Source: Deinococcales bacterium (GTDB lineage Bacteria; Deinococcota; Deinococci; Deinococcales; JAAFIG01). Taken from it: a stretch of DNA of 62,391 nt. The notes under the pieces are model-generated. The model was not told where the DNA came from, did not search any database, and saw only the letters and a list, made by a program, of their open reading frames with translations. A program made the position numbers and the translations under genes. Below, one piece after another: positions 50,537 to 60,489 of this stretch. Location: the NCBI GenBank assembly GCA_031414595.1, contig JANNVX010000100.1, positions 1 to 62,391 on the forward strand. Reading direction: 5' to 3'. Every line of letters starts with the position of its first letter. Position 1 is the stretch's first letter.

Positions 50537-53500
50537 TTATTCTTTAATCGTCAGGGTGGCAGCACTCGAGCGTCCGCGGACACTTGGGTCGTACATCAAG
50601 TCGGCTGTGGTCGGTAAGGCAGTGAATGTACCGGGGGTTTGGGCGCGTAAGATAACCGTAAATTCTTGTTCGCCACCAAAAGTATCGGCATAGAGTTCTA
50701 CGCGGTCTTGGTAGATTTCGCGTCCAGAATACCAGTACCACCAACGATAGTAGGATTGAAAGCGGATTGGTCTGCCGGGTTCAAAATCCCAGCCGTTTTC
50801 GTTGACGGCGCTAAATCCAGCCGGTACGGGTTGAATCACTTGCAAATGGCGCATACTGCCGCTTTCGGGTTTAATACGGATATGCACCGCAATCATTTCG
50901 CCGACCTCGAGGGCTTGGGCTACACCATCTTTAATCAGGGGTACAGGAGTGTAATCATAATTACGGGCAGATTCGTTCCACTTTTTCTCGAGTTTGTAAT
51001 AGGTTGGGGAGACGTTAATACCGCTCGACTCTGCCACCAAGCGCTCTGGTTCACGCACGTACTCGAGACTAGCGGCGTAATTGAGGTCGCCACGAACCTC
51101 TAAGGTATTTTCGCCAATTTTAAGTTTGGGGTCTAAGTCGAGGGTTGCGCCTTTTTCGTCTATGGTTTTGACGGCAATTTCTGTGCCGTTCAGTAGCACC
51201 CGTACAGTTTGGTTGCTGCTGGCTGGTTTGGGTAGGGCAAGCGCCGCAATAACAGTGGCGGCAGTATCCTGAGTGCTAACCCACCAGTAGCCGCGTCGTT
51301 GTTGCAGTAAATAATTAATGGTTTTGGGAATCAAGCTGCTTTTCGGTTCAATTTTAGCCAAGGCTTCTAGGGCAACAGCTGTCACCAGCACTGGATTATC
51401 TTCCCAGTAATAATACCAACGGTACTGACGGTTTGGACGTTCCCAACGCACATTGCTGTCAGTTTCGATACGAGCAGTTTTCAGACGGGTCAGCATTTTT
51501 CTGGCTTCCTCGAGCTTACCGAGTTTGTGGTAAGCCAGTGCCAGTTGCCCAAGGTGATACGGCTCGAGGTCACGCAGATTGGCAAAAGCCTCCATGCTAT
51601 CTGTGGCAGGGCTACCAGCTTCGGCAAGGGCGCGGTACGCCACCGAACGAGCGCCGCGTTGAGCATTACTGTCGTTGATGTTGTTGCGTAACCACTGGAC
51701 TGCGCCCTCGAGTAAATACGCCTCGAATTTCACCCCAGCATTTTTGGCTCGAGCCAGTGCCAAGACAACCTGACTGGTCATCTCTAAGGTGCTGTTGTCT
51801 TGTGTCCAGAATCCCCAACCGCCATCATCGTGGCGCAGCGTCTCGAGTCGGCTAAGCCCAGCATCGAGTAAATCGGGCAGGTCATCTCGAGGGAAGGCTT
51901 GTTGTGCCAGCAGCGTCGGTAGAAAGCGCGACAACGTTTGTTCGGTGCAGCCATACGGGTAGCCAATCAGTTGTTCTAAAGCAGGGCGAACAGCACTGAG
52001 TAAACTTGGGGTCAGGGCAATTTTTAATCTGGCGCTGTCAAGGTTAGCATCTTGTGGGATACTAAATTTCTTAGCGCCGCGTTTGGCATCGGCTGCCCAA
52101 CCAGTGCCATCGGTAAAACCACGTGGTTTAACGTTAATCGGTAACTCGAGCGCATCTCCGCCAAGGCTGTCTACATATTTAGCCGTGACTTTGGCAATGC
52201 CAAATTCGGTAGCCGTGACTCGAGCATCAAAACTGCCACGCTGACCAGATTTAATGCTCAGGTTGGTCTCGAGTGGGCTGCTGGTGCTTAAGCCATTTAA
52301 GGCAATACTGAATTTTCCTGCGGCGGTGGTTTCGCGGTTGTTGTTGACAATACCGCGCAACTGGAAACTATCGCCACGCACCAAAAAGGTCGGTTGTGAA
52401 ATTCTGGCAATAATATCTTGGGTGACCATCACTTCGGTTTTGCTTGTACCAGCTTTGGCTTCCAGAGTTTGTCCCCTTGCGGTGATTCGCCAAGTGGTCA
52501 GGTTCTCGGGAAATGGGATGGTCAGGGTGGCTTCGCCAGCTTCGTTGGTAATTAAACTGGCTCGCCAATCAGCGGTGTCCCTAAAATCCTTACGGACTTT
52601 GACATCTGGGGCAGCAGGTGCTTCGGCTTTGGCGGCACGGTCTGCGGTTGCCGAGGTTGGCGCACTTGCCGATGGTGAAGCTAAGGCAGTTGCCACTGGG
52701 CGCGGCGCATCTACATAAAGTGGTTCGTCCTCGCTCGAGACCGTTCCCACAAGGTTATAACGACTGCCGTGCAGCACTTCAAATGGGTCTGGGGTGTTGT
52801 CCTCTTTTAATAAGTAGATTCCCTTATCTACCACGGTTATGCCCAATTCGGTTTTGACTGGTTTGCCGGTTGCATCTTTGACCAAAAGTTTAACTTGTCC
52901 TTGTTCACCAGCTTGGAATTTTTGCTTACTGGGCAGAACCTGAATGCTCAGTTGTTCTTGGATTTTTGGTACAACTAAACCCACTTCAGTTTCGCTTTTT
53001 GCGCCCCCAGAGATATAACTGGCTTTTAAGGTGGTGTTTGGCTGCATCTCCTTGGTGATTTTGAATGTCCAAGCGGCATTGCCACCTGCGGCTCGAGACA
53101 CACGCTGAGCCATAATTTCATTGCCCTCTAAAGTCAACCAGACATCTGCGCCTTGTTTGATGCCGCTAATAAACGCCACGGCGGTATCGCCCACGGCGTA
53201 TTCGCGTTTATCCATCTTAATTTGCATCCCGCCATTTTCGTAATACCAGTACCACGAAGGGTTATCTTCCGTGACCCAAACAAAAGCCTCACCCAAAGAA
53301 ACTCGGTCTTGTGGGTCTTTGGCTTTTGCCATGACGCTGTACCCGCCGCCTTTGCTGGCTTTGAACTTGACCACGGCATTGCCATTTTTAGTGGTCACAG
53401 TGCGGGTCTCGAGCCGTTCTTCGCGCTGCGTCCAACGGCTTGTGTTGTACCAGTAATCACGGCGCACAAGGGTTAATTCGACAGGCGCATCGGCGGCTTC

Positions 53501-54961
53501 ACCCTCCAGATTACGAGTACGGACATTCATCTCAATTTCTTCGCCAGCTTTGACCACATACCGATTCGAGCGCACCGCCACCCGCACGGTACTGGGGTAG
53601 GCAATAATCGTTTTACTGGTGGTTTGCGGACGGCGGGTTTCATCTTCGATGGTGGTTTGAACCGTGTAAGCCACAATTGCATTATCAGGGTCGCGCTCGA
53701 GTGGCACACTGACCTCGAGTTTGCCGTTATCGCCTAAAACGGTGTTTTTTTCTAAAATAATCGCTTGGCGCGGCTGCCAATAATCCCATTCGCCCCAGTA
53801 ATAGCCAAAGTCCGAGTAACGCGGGTCGTCACGGCGGTAACGCTGCGCCCGAGAAACTTGTAAATTGACCTTACCACCCGATACGCCGCCGCCAAATAAG
53901 TATTCGGCACTGGCAGCCACTTTAACACTGCTGCCCTGCAAAGCAATTTCGGGATTCTCGAGGGCAACCGTAAATTCTGGCTTGATGTAATCTTCAACTT
54001 GGAAACTGGCGACAGTCAAACCCGCACCACAAGCCGCTTCGCCACTTGGCGCAACAAAGACACGGTATTGTTCATACTCCGAGGTTTTAGCGCGTCTCGA
54101 CAGGCTAAATGTTCCACTGAAAGTGCCGTATTCATTGACCGCTTGTTTGCCGCGCCAAAGTTCGGTGCTGTCATAACAGGCAACCACACTGATTTCTTTA
54201 AGTTTAATTGGCTTTAAGGTGTTGCCTTCGCGCAGTGTCCCACGAAAAGACACCGCATCGGCGGGTTTATACAATGGTCGGTCGGTCTGCCCAGTTATTT
54301 TCCAGCGCTCGACCCCGTAACTCTGCCACCATGACCTCGAGACTGCCCAATTTGCGCCACTGTTTGCGACAATCACACCGTTTTTATCGGTATACAGCAC
54401 CAATTTACCCAAGCCGTTAGAATCGGTCTGAATTTGCTTGGCATTTGTACCATCAATCCCGTAGACGGCGGCATTACGGCGCTGCCCATTGACCCGATTG
54501 ACGGTCAGTACCGTCACGTTTTTATCAGCACGTTTGACCAACATCCCTAAATCTGTAACCAAGGCAATCCCCACGCCTTTGGCTTGTCCTGCCGAGAACC
54601 CCAATAAGTACAAACCGGGCGAGAGTTTGCCAAGATTGACCTGCCCGTAATTTCTGTCCAATTTAACGCTACTGCGTTTGACGACACTGGTTTTCAGACC
54701 CTCGGGAATTTTAATTGCCGTATAGCCATCGTTGGATTTTAAGCGCAGTAAATCAAGTGGCTCGAGAACCTTATTGTAGGTCACACTGATTTCAGAAGGG
54801 TCAGCCCCATAACTGTACAAATCAAAACGCAGGTCGTCGGATGGTAAAAAAATCCCCCGCGAATAGACATAGAGCGCTTGATTTTGTTGCGCCCAAACAA
54901 AAGCCGCGCTTAAACTTAACAGCACCATCAGAACGCCAAATAACCTCGAGAATGGTTTCAT
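50537..54961 (-). CDS. Bacterial alpha-2-macroglobulin family protein
   Basis: TDRPLYKP, VEDYIKPEF, VRKDFRDTA..FPENLTTWR, thioester motif GCTEQ, STQDTA. Confidence 0.93.
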   Translation of the reverse strand: MKPFSRLFGVLMVLLSLSAAFVWAQQNQALYVYSRGIFLPSDDLRFDLYSYGADPSEISVTYNKVLEPLDLLRLKSNDGYTAIKIPEGLKTSVVKRSSVKLDRNYGQVNLGKLSPGLYLLGFSAGQAKGVGIALVTDLGMLVKRADKNVTVLTVNRVNGQRRNAAVYGIDGTNAKQIQTDSNGLGKLVLYTDKNGVIVANSGANWAVSRSWWQSYGVERWKITGQTDRPLYKPADAVSFRGTLREGNTLKPIKLKEISVVACYDSTELWRGKQAVNEYGTFSGTFSLSRRAKTSEYEQYRVFVAPSGEAACGAGLTVASFQVEDYIKPEFTVALENPEIALQGSSVKVAASAEYLFGGGVSGGKVNLQVSRAQRYRRDDPRYSDFGYYWGEWDYWQPRQAIILEKNTVLGDNGKLEVSVPLERDPDNAIVAYTVQTTIEDETRRPQTTSKTIIAYPSTVRVAVRSNRYVVKAGEEIEMNVRTRNLEGEAADAPVELTLVRRDYWYNTSRWTQREERLETRTVTTKNGNAVVKFKASKGGGYSVMAKAKDPQDRVSLGEAFVWVTEDNPSWYWYYENGGMQIKMDKREYAVGDTAVAFISGIKQGADVWLTLEGNEIMAQRVSRAAGGNAAWTFKITKEMQPNTTLKASYISGGAKSETEVGLVVPKIQEQLSIQVLPSKQKFQAGEQGQVKLLVKDATGKPVKTELGITVVDKGIYLLKEDNTPDPFEVLHGSRYNLVGTVSSEDEPLYVDAPRPVATALASPSASAPTSATADRAAKAEAPAAPDVKVRKDFRDTADWRASLITNEAGEATLTIPFPENLTTWRITARGQTLEAKAGTSKTEVMVTQDIIARISQPTFLVRGDSFQLRGIVNNNRETTAAGKFSIALNGLSTSSPLETNLSIKSGQRGSFDARVTATEFGIAKVTAKYVDSLGGDALELPINVKPRGFTDGTGWAADAKRGAKKFSIPQDANLDSARLKIALTPSLLSAVRPALEQLIGYPYGCTEQTLSRFLPTLLAQQAFPRDDLPDLLDAGLSRLETLRHDDGGWGFWTQDNSTLEMTSQVVLALARAKNAGVKFEAYLLEGAVQWLRNNINDSNAQRGARSVAYRALAEAGSPATDSMEAFANLRDLEPYHLGQLALAYHKLGKLEEARKMLTRLKTARIETDSNVRWERPNRQYRWYYYWEDNPVLVTAVALEALAKIEPKSSLIPKTINYLLQQRRGYWWVSTQDTAATVIAALALPKPASSNQTVRVLLNGTEIAVKTIDEKGATLDLDPKLKIGENTLEVRGDLNYAASLEYVREPERLVAESSGINVSPTYYKLEKKWNESARNYDYTPVPLIKDGVAQALEVGEMIAVHIRIKPESGSMRHLQVIQPVPAGFSAVNENGWDFEPGRPIRFQSYYRWWYWYSGREIYQDRVELYADTFGGEQEFTVILRAQTPGTFTALPTTADLMYDPSVRGRSSAATLTIKE

Positions 54962-55048
54962 GGCATACAGTCTAATCCTCAAACCTGATTTCTGTCTGAT
55001 GAAGAATTTTGGACTGGAAACAAAAAAGTGTTATCATTGCCCTCTGTG

Positions 55049-55684
55049 ATGACCCTTTCTACACCCGCGCCAAAACCGCTCTTGCAAGACGACTTAAAAC
55101 TCTCATTGCGTGAGCGTCAAAAAATTCGCCGCCGAAACCGCATTTACCAAGTGGCAATCCAGTTGTTTAAGGAAAATGGTTTTGATAAAACCACCGCCAC
55201 CGACATTGCCCGTACTGCCCATGTCTCACGTGGCACATTCTTTAATTACTACCCCTACAAAGAAGCGGTACTGCTCGATTATGGGGCATACATCGTTTCC
55301 AACCTTCACGATGTGATTGAAGAACGCCGACAAGAAGGCTTAGATGCCGCCGCGATGCTCGAGGAACTCTGGCTTGAACTGGCTCGAGTCACCCAAGAAG
55401 AACGCGATTTAATCCCGCCTTTAACTTATGAACTGATTAACCCAGACCCAATTCGCGCCAAAGCCGCCTATGAAGCCATGCCACTAGCCAAAATCATCGA
55501 ACCTTTGCTGCGCGAAACCCACCGAATCCGCGATGATGTCAGCATTGAACGAATTGCCGCCACGATTGCCTATACATACTTAATGACTGCCCTGCGTTGG
55601 AGTGCTTTTCACCCAAACCGCCCAGCCAAAGATGAACTCAAAAAAGCCTTGACCTTGGTCTTAGATGGGGCGTATAAACGCTGA
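55049..55684 (+). CDS. TetR/AcrR-family transcriptional regulator
   Basis: LFKENGFDKTTATDIARTAHVSRGTFFNYYPYKE. Confidence 0.92.
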   Translation: MTLSTPAPKPLLQDDLKLSLRERQKIRRRNRIYQVAIQLFKENGFDKTTATDIARTAHVSRGTFFNYYPYKEAVLLDYGAYIVSNLHDVIEERRQEGLDAAAMLEELWLELARVTQEERDLIPPLTYELINPDPIRAKAAYEAMPLAKIIEPLLRETHRIRDDVSIERIAATIAYTYLMTALRWSAFHPNRPAKDELKKALTLVLDGAYKR

Positions 55685-55694
55685 ACTTGGAAGT

Positions 55695-56819
55695 TCAGTC
55701 GGCTGCTTCGAGTGCTGCGTAGATTTTTAACTCATCGTAATAAGCGTTACGTTCGACTGGTGTACGCCCAGCCCTTCTAATCATGTCCACCATTTTGTCC
55801 CTTGATAACCCTAACGGGCTGGTTGCGCCAGCTGCATGGGCAATGTGTTCTTCGATGATTGTGCCGTCAACGTCCGACACGCCCCAATCAAGGGCAACCT
55901 GCACAAGGTCTGAGCCAATCATCACCCAGTAACCTTTGATGTGCTGAAAGTTGTCTAGGTACAGTCTCGAGACCGCCAGATTTCGCAGGTCGTCTATGCC
56001 AGTCGTAAATTCGGTTTTGCCAAGGTTAAAAGCCAGTGCATTGGCATCGGGCTGGAAGGCAAGCGGAATAAAACTATGGAAACCCCCAGTTTCGTCTTGT
56101 AAGGTGCGTAACCTGTCCATGTGGTCAAGGCGTTCTTCGAGCGTTTCGATATGACCATACAACATGGTGGCGTTGGTGCGAATACCAAGACTGTGGGCTT
56201 GACGGTGAATCTCGAGCCATTGGTCAGCACTGACTTTGCGGTGCGCGATTTGCAGGCGCACTCGGTCAGCAAAAATTTCCGCCCCACCGCCGGGCATGGC
56301 GGCAAGTCCAGCAGCTTTAAGTTCGGTCAGCACCTCGAGCGTAGATTTCTTGGCAATGTGGCTGAGGTGTTCGATTTCGGCAGCTGTGAAGGCTTTAACT
56401 TGTAATCCGGGGAAACTTTTATTCAGTTCACGCACCATCTCGGGGTAGTACGCCCACGGGCGGGTTGGATGATGTCCACTGCTCATGTGCAGTTCTTGCA
56501 GTCCGGGTTCGTACTTTTCGCGCACATGATTAACCACATCTTCAACACTGTAATCCCAAGCTCGAGCCTCGTTTTTATGGGCGGCAAAGGCACAAAATGT
56601 ACAGCCAACATAACAGATATTGGTAAACTCGAGGCGCATCGAATGGACAAAATAGGTTTTATCGCCGTTTTTGCGTTCCCGTACTAAATTAGCCAGTTTT
56701 GAAAGCGTGTTCAGGTCATGGGTGTTGTACAGTGCCATCCCTTCGGCAAAACTGAGGCGTTCGCCAGCCTGTATTTTTTCGGCGATTGGCTCGAGGGCTG
56801 GGTCTAAAATTAACTTCAT
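55695..56819 (-). CDS. mqnE: Aminofutalosine synthase (radical SAM)
   Basis: CYVGCTFC, MPGGGAEIF, NATMLYGHIET, FIPLAFQP, HIKGYW. Confidence 0.9.
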   Translation of the reverse strand: MKLILDPALEPIAEKIQAGERLSFAEGMALYNTHDLNTLSKLANLVRERKNGDKTYFVHSMRLEFTNICYVGCTFCAFAAHKNEARAWDYSVEDVVNHVREKYEPGLQELHMSSGHHPTRPWAYYPEMVRELNKSFPGLQVKAFTAAEIEHLSHIAKKSTLEVLTELKAAGLAAMPGGGAEIFADRVRLQIAHRKVSADQWLEIHRQAHSLGIRTNATMLYGHIETLEERLDHMDRLRTLQDETGGFHSFIPLAFQPDANALAFNLGKTEFTTGIDDLRNLAVSRLYLDNFQHIKGYWVMIGSDLVQVALDWGVSDVDGTIIEEHIAHAAGATSPLGLSRDKMVDMIRRAGRTPVERNAYYDELKIYAALEAAD

Positions 56820-57073
56820 AGCTGTAGTTTAGTCTCAACAATGGGGGACTTTGGCTTTTTTGCTGTACAAGCGCTTGAAAACTTCCAAGTCTTGTGCTTA
56901 TTTTCACCTTTGAATTGATGATTTAATGGTGCTGCCGACAGCTTCAAATCAGAGTGGCAAATTTACCTGATGGATTGTCAGAATCCTTTGACAAACAGCC
57001 TTTTTCTTAGGTTTTGCCCATCTTCGCGGCTAGTATAAAGGGGAATGAAACCTTTCATTCAGGAGATGATACT

Positions 57074-57178
57074 ATGTTCGGGCTTATTCTAACTGTACTT
57101 GTTTATGTCGTTGTTATTACCTTGGCTGCCACTGCTACCAAGCACCTTGTTCCACAAAAACCATTTGATGCACGATAG
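57074..57178 (+). CDS. 34-aa small membrane protein MFGLILTVLVYVVVITLAATATKHLVPQKPFDAR
   Basis: Below the ORF-track cutoff; AGGAGA RBS, one TM helix, downstream hairpin with T-rich tail. Confidence 0.6.
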   Translation: MFGLILTVLVYVVVITLAATATKHLVPQKPFDAR

Positions 57179-57243
57179 ACCACCTCACTTCTTGTTGCGC
57201 CTCGAGAGAACCCGAGGCGTTTTGTTTGGATTATAATGACCGC

Positions 57244-57603
57244 GTGACAACTAAAATTCCCGTAAAAGAATTGCGTGGTGCATGGGCAGAAATTCTGGCA
57301 GCCGAACATCTCGAGCAGGCTGGGTTAAAAATTCTCGAACGCAATTACCGCATTCGTGGTGGAGAAATAGACTTAATTGCCATAGACCCAAGCCAGACCA
57401 CGGTTTTTATTGAAGTCAAACAACGCACTTCAACTTCGCATGGCACGGCTGGAGAATTTATCAATGCCCGTAAAGCTGCCCTCATTCGCCGAGCAGCCCT
57501 GTATTACCTTGGGCGAGACGATTTACCTTGTCGTTTTGATGCGGTGCTAATCGAAGGCTCTCGAGCCAACCCAAAGCTGACGTGGTTACAAGATGTTTTT
57601 TAG
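57244..57603 (+). CDS. YraN-family (UPF0102) protein
   Basis: GAWAE, ILERNYRIRGGEIDLIA, VFIEVKQR, CRFDAV. Confidence 0.9.
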   Translation: MTTKIPVKELRGAWAEILAAEHLEQAGLKILERNYRIRGGEIDLIAIDPSQTTVFIEVKQRTSTSHGTAGEFINARKAALIRRAALYYLGRDDLPCRFDAVLIEGSRANPKLTWLQDVF

Positions 57604-57651
57604 TTGGCTATGGGCTATGAGTCTTGAGCTATGAGGAAACCATCCGACTGA

Positions 57652-59358
57652 TTACCGCATCAGACTTAAATAGGTTTGCACTGGTCCGGCAGGGGTGATT
57701 TCTCGTCGGGCGGAGACAGCAATCCAAACTGTTCCACCAAAATTCTCGAGTTGGTCAATAAAGGCATTGATTTCTGTTACTGATACCAGTCCTGTCGGAA
57801 GGTTCTCGCGAGGTACACCACGTTCGATTAAGTCACGTTCAGTTTCACGCAGTAAATTCTCTATGGCTACCCGCCAACTCGAATTGGGACGCTGGTTGCT
57901 GATGGTGCCAAGTCCGAGTTCTCTGGAGCGAATTGGCTGACCAGAGCTAAACAGAACTTCGTTGGAGCGCACTTCTAAGGTGACTGGTAATTCAATGCCC
58001 GTTTGGGTGACGCTGCGCGAGGTTCGCATCAGAATAAGGTCAGAGCCTTTACTTTTAAGGGCTAAATTAATGTATGGGTCTAAATCCGGGGATGGTTTTA
58101 GCACCACCGATTTACTGCGGGTCGCACCACGAATCTGTGCCACTTGGGAGGCTTGTTTTAACCATTTTTGCAATTGGTCACGCATTATGTCTGCCGAATT
58201 GGTCTCGAGAACCAGTTGTGAAACCAAATCGCCTTGACGGAAAATAAAGTTGCCACTGGTGGCTTCGGCTAGGGCTTCTTGGGCATCGCGCAATTCGGTT
58301 TCGGCACGGTTGAGTTGCTGGGTTAAAGTGGTGTTTTGGGCTTCTAAGCGGTTGACACTGGCTTCTAAGGAGGTGCGGGTTTGGTTTAATTCCCGAATAT
58401 CACTTTGTAATTTAGAGCGCTCATTCCTAAGCACATTTGATTGATTCTCGAGTTGCCCAATCGAAGCATTTAAGCCCGTGCGTTCGGCTTGTAGACTATT
58501 GCGTTCGGCTTGTAAGCCGTTGCGTTCACTCAGTAAGCTGTTGCGTTGGGTTTCTAAATGGGCTTGTTGGCTCTCGAGGGTTTTCTTACCAGCCTCGAGT
58601 TTTGCCACGGTCGTTTCTAAGTTGCGTTGTTGGGTAAGGGCTTGTTCGGTGGCGGTCTGGGCGCTTAGGACTTTATTCTCTAAACTGATGCGTTCTGTGC
58701 CAAGTGCCAAAATGCGTTGCTGCAATTGGCTGCGCTGCGTGTTTAAGCGTTGTATCTGGGTGGTGGATTCATTGCGCTGGATTTCTAAAGAAGTTAATTC
58801 TTTTCGCAGTACCGCAATGCGCTCTTTAGACTCGAGACCAAGGCGTTTAAGCTCGCCTATTTTTTGAGTAATTTGCTGCCCTAACTTATTGCGCTCAGAT
58901 TCCAAGCCCACAATTCGACCACCCAAACGCCCATTTAAGGCAGTCGTGGCGTTTAATTCATCTTGACGCAATTGTAACTCGTTGCGAACCCGTTCAAATT
59001 CTTGTTGCTCGAAAACTCTTCGATCCTTCATTTTGACAAGGTTAGCTTTGCTGCTTTGGTACTCAGATTCGATTGACTTAAGGCTGCGTTTTAACTGCTC
59101 GAGTTCAAGCCGCATTTCTGGGGCTTTAATGGCATTGTTCACGGTGCTACGCGCCAAAATCGAAACTGTACCAAAGGTCGCAAGGGCAACCAGCACACCA
59201 CTGCCGACCGCAAAGACCAAGCCAGTGGTTTTAGGTCTTAGTCCAAAAATCCGCAGGTGTTTACGCCCAACCCGCCGTCCGACACTATCGCCAAGCCAAG
59301 CAATCAGCCCACCAATTAAGGCGACCCCAAGAATCAGCAGCAACCAAAAAAGTTCCAT
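57652..59358 (-). CDS. DUF3084-family membrane-anchored coiled-coil protein
   Basis: GGLIAWLGDSVGRRVGRKHLRIFGLRPKTT plus a long heptad coil. Confidence 0.85.
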   Translation of the reverse strand: MELFWLLLILGVALIGGLIAWLGDSVGRRVGRKHLRIFGLRPKTTGLVFAVGSGVLVALATFGTVSILARSTVNNAIKAPEMRLELEQLKRSLKSIESEYQSSKANLVKMKDRRVFEQQEFERVRNELQLRQDELNATTALNGRLGGRIVGLESERNKLGQQITQKIGELKRLGLESKERIAVLRKELTSLEIQRNESTTQIQRLNTQRSQLQQRILALGTERISLENKVLSAQTATEQALTQQRNLETTVAKLEAGKKTLESQQAHLETQRNSLLSERNGLQAERNSLQAERTGLNASIGQLENQSNVLRNERSKLQSDIRELNQTRTSLEASVNRLEAQNTTLTQQLNRAETELRDAQEALAEATSGNFIFRQGDLVSQLVLETNSADIMRDQLQKWLKQASQVAQIRGATRSKSVVLKPSPDLDPYINLALKSKGSDLILMRTSRSVTQTGIELPVTLEVRSNEVLFSSGQPIRSRELGLGTISNQRPNSSWRVAIENLLRETERDLIERGVPRENLPTGLVSVTEINAFIDQLENFGGTVWIAVSARREITPAGPVQTYLSLMR

Positions 59359-60120
59359 TTACAACTCAAACTCCTCGCCAAGATAATGCTGACGCACTTC
59401 TGGATTTCGGGCAAATTCTTCGGGCGTTCCCTTAAAAACCACTTTACCATCCCACATTAAATACACGCGGTCGGTAATCGCCACAGTTTCACGCACTGCA
59501 TGGTCGGTAATAAAGACACCCAAACCACGTTTTTCTCGGAGTTCACGAATCAAACGCTGAATTTCTCGGACACTTTTGGGGTCTACGCCCGTAAAAGGCT
59601 CGTCGAGCAGAATAAAATCTGGATTGGTGGTTAAACTTCTGGCAATCTCGAGTCGGCGGCGCTCGCCACCCGATAAGGTATACGCCATTTTATCGGCTAA
59701 GTGCGACAACTGAAATTCCTCGAGCAGCGAATTTGCTTTATCCATCCGTTCTGAAGGGGTTAATTTTTGGTACTCGAGAATGGCGAGCAGATTATCTCGA
59801 GCCGTCATTTTGCGAAAGGCACTCGGTTCTTGCGGCAAGTAGCCTAAACCCAACTGAGCGCGGCTGTGCATTGGTAAACGGGTAATATCGGCTTGACTTA
59901 AGTGAATTGTGCCAGAATTGGGTTTAACAAAGCCAACCATCATATAAAAAGTTGTGGTTTTGCCTGCCCCGTTTGGTCCAAACAAAGCCACGATTTCGCC
60001 TCGAGCCAATTCGAGGTCTACCCCACCGACCACTTCTCGTTGTCCAAAACGCTTATGCAAACCTCGAGCCACCAAAAAAGGCGCAGCCGAGGCACTAGAA
60101 GAAGGAGAAGCAAAAGTCAC
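59359..60120 (-). CDS. lptB: LptB-like ABC ATPase
   Basis: [51 protein letters not shown]. Confidence 0.92.
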   Translation of the reverse strand: MTFASPSSSASAAPFLVARGLHKRFGQREVVGGVDLELARGEIVALFGPNGAGKTTTFYMMVGFVKPNSGTIHLSQADITRLPMHSRAQLGLGYLPQEPSAFRKMTARDNLLAILEYQKLTPSERMDKANSLLEEFQLSHLADKMAYTLSGGERRRLEIARSLTTNPDFILLDEPFTGVDPKSVREIQRLIRELREKRGLGVFITDHAVRETVAITDRVYLMWDGKVVFKGTPEEFARNPEVRQHYLGEEFEL

Positions 60121-60182
60121 AGCACTACTTTACGCCATACCCTCAGTGTTTTTGTGAGGACTGGCACGCAACTGGTGAGAGA

Positions 60183-60362
60183 CTACATCTGAGTTCTGCG
60201 GTACGCCACCAAAACACTGTAAATCACTTCGCCGTTCTGCATCACGGCGGTTGAAAAATTGATGTTGCCAATGGTCACGTTTTTCCCAAGGCTTTCTATA
60301 AAATCCCTGAGACGAGTCTCGAAAATATCCTGATCGGGGGCGGAAATAAGTTTGAATTCCAT
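60183..60362 (-). CDS. 59-aa hypothetical protein MEFKLISAPDQDIFETRLRDFIESL...IYSVLVAYRRTQM
   Basis: My translation; below the ORF-track cutoff; fills the gap co-directionally; possibly Cse60/DUF2758-like. Confidence 0.65.
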   Translation of the reverse strand: MEFKLISAPDQDIFETRLRDFIESLGKNVTIGNINFSTAVMQNGEVIYSVLVAYRRTQM

Positions 60363-60489
60363 AATCCTATTATGCTCCTTTTTGCAACAATTTGCTCTAG
60401 TGGGTCATTCTATTTACGTCACACATCTTTAGAAATACTCGAGAATTGTATTGAGCGTCTAATGGCTAGTAGCCGAATGCCCCATTCGC

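Noticed and set aside
58440-58640. LQAERNS-type repeats in DUF3084
   Set aside because: Ordinary coiled-coil heptads
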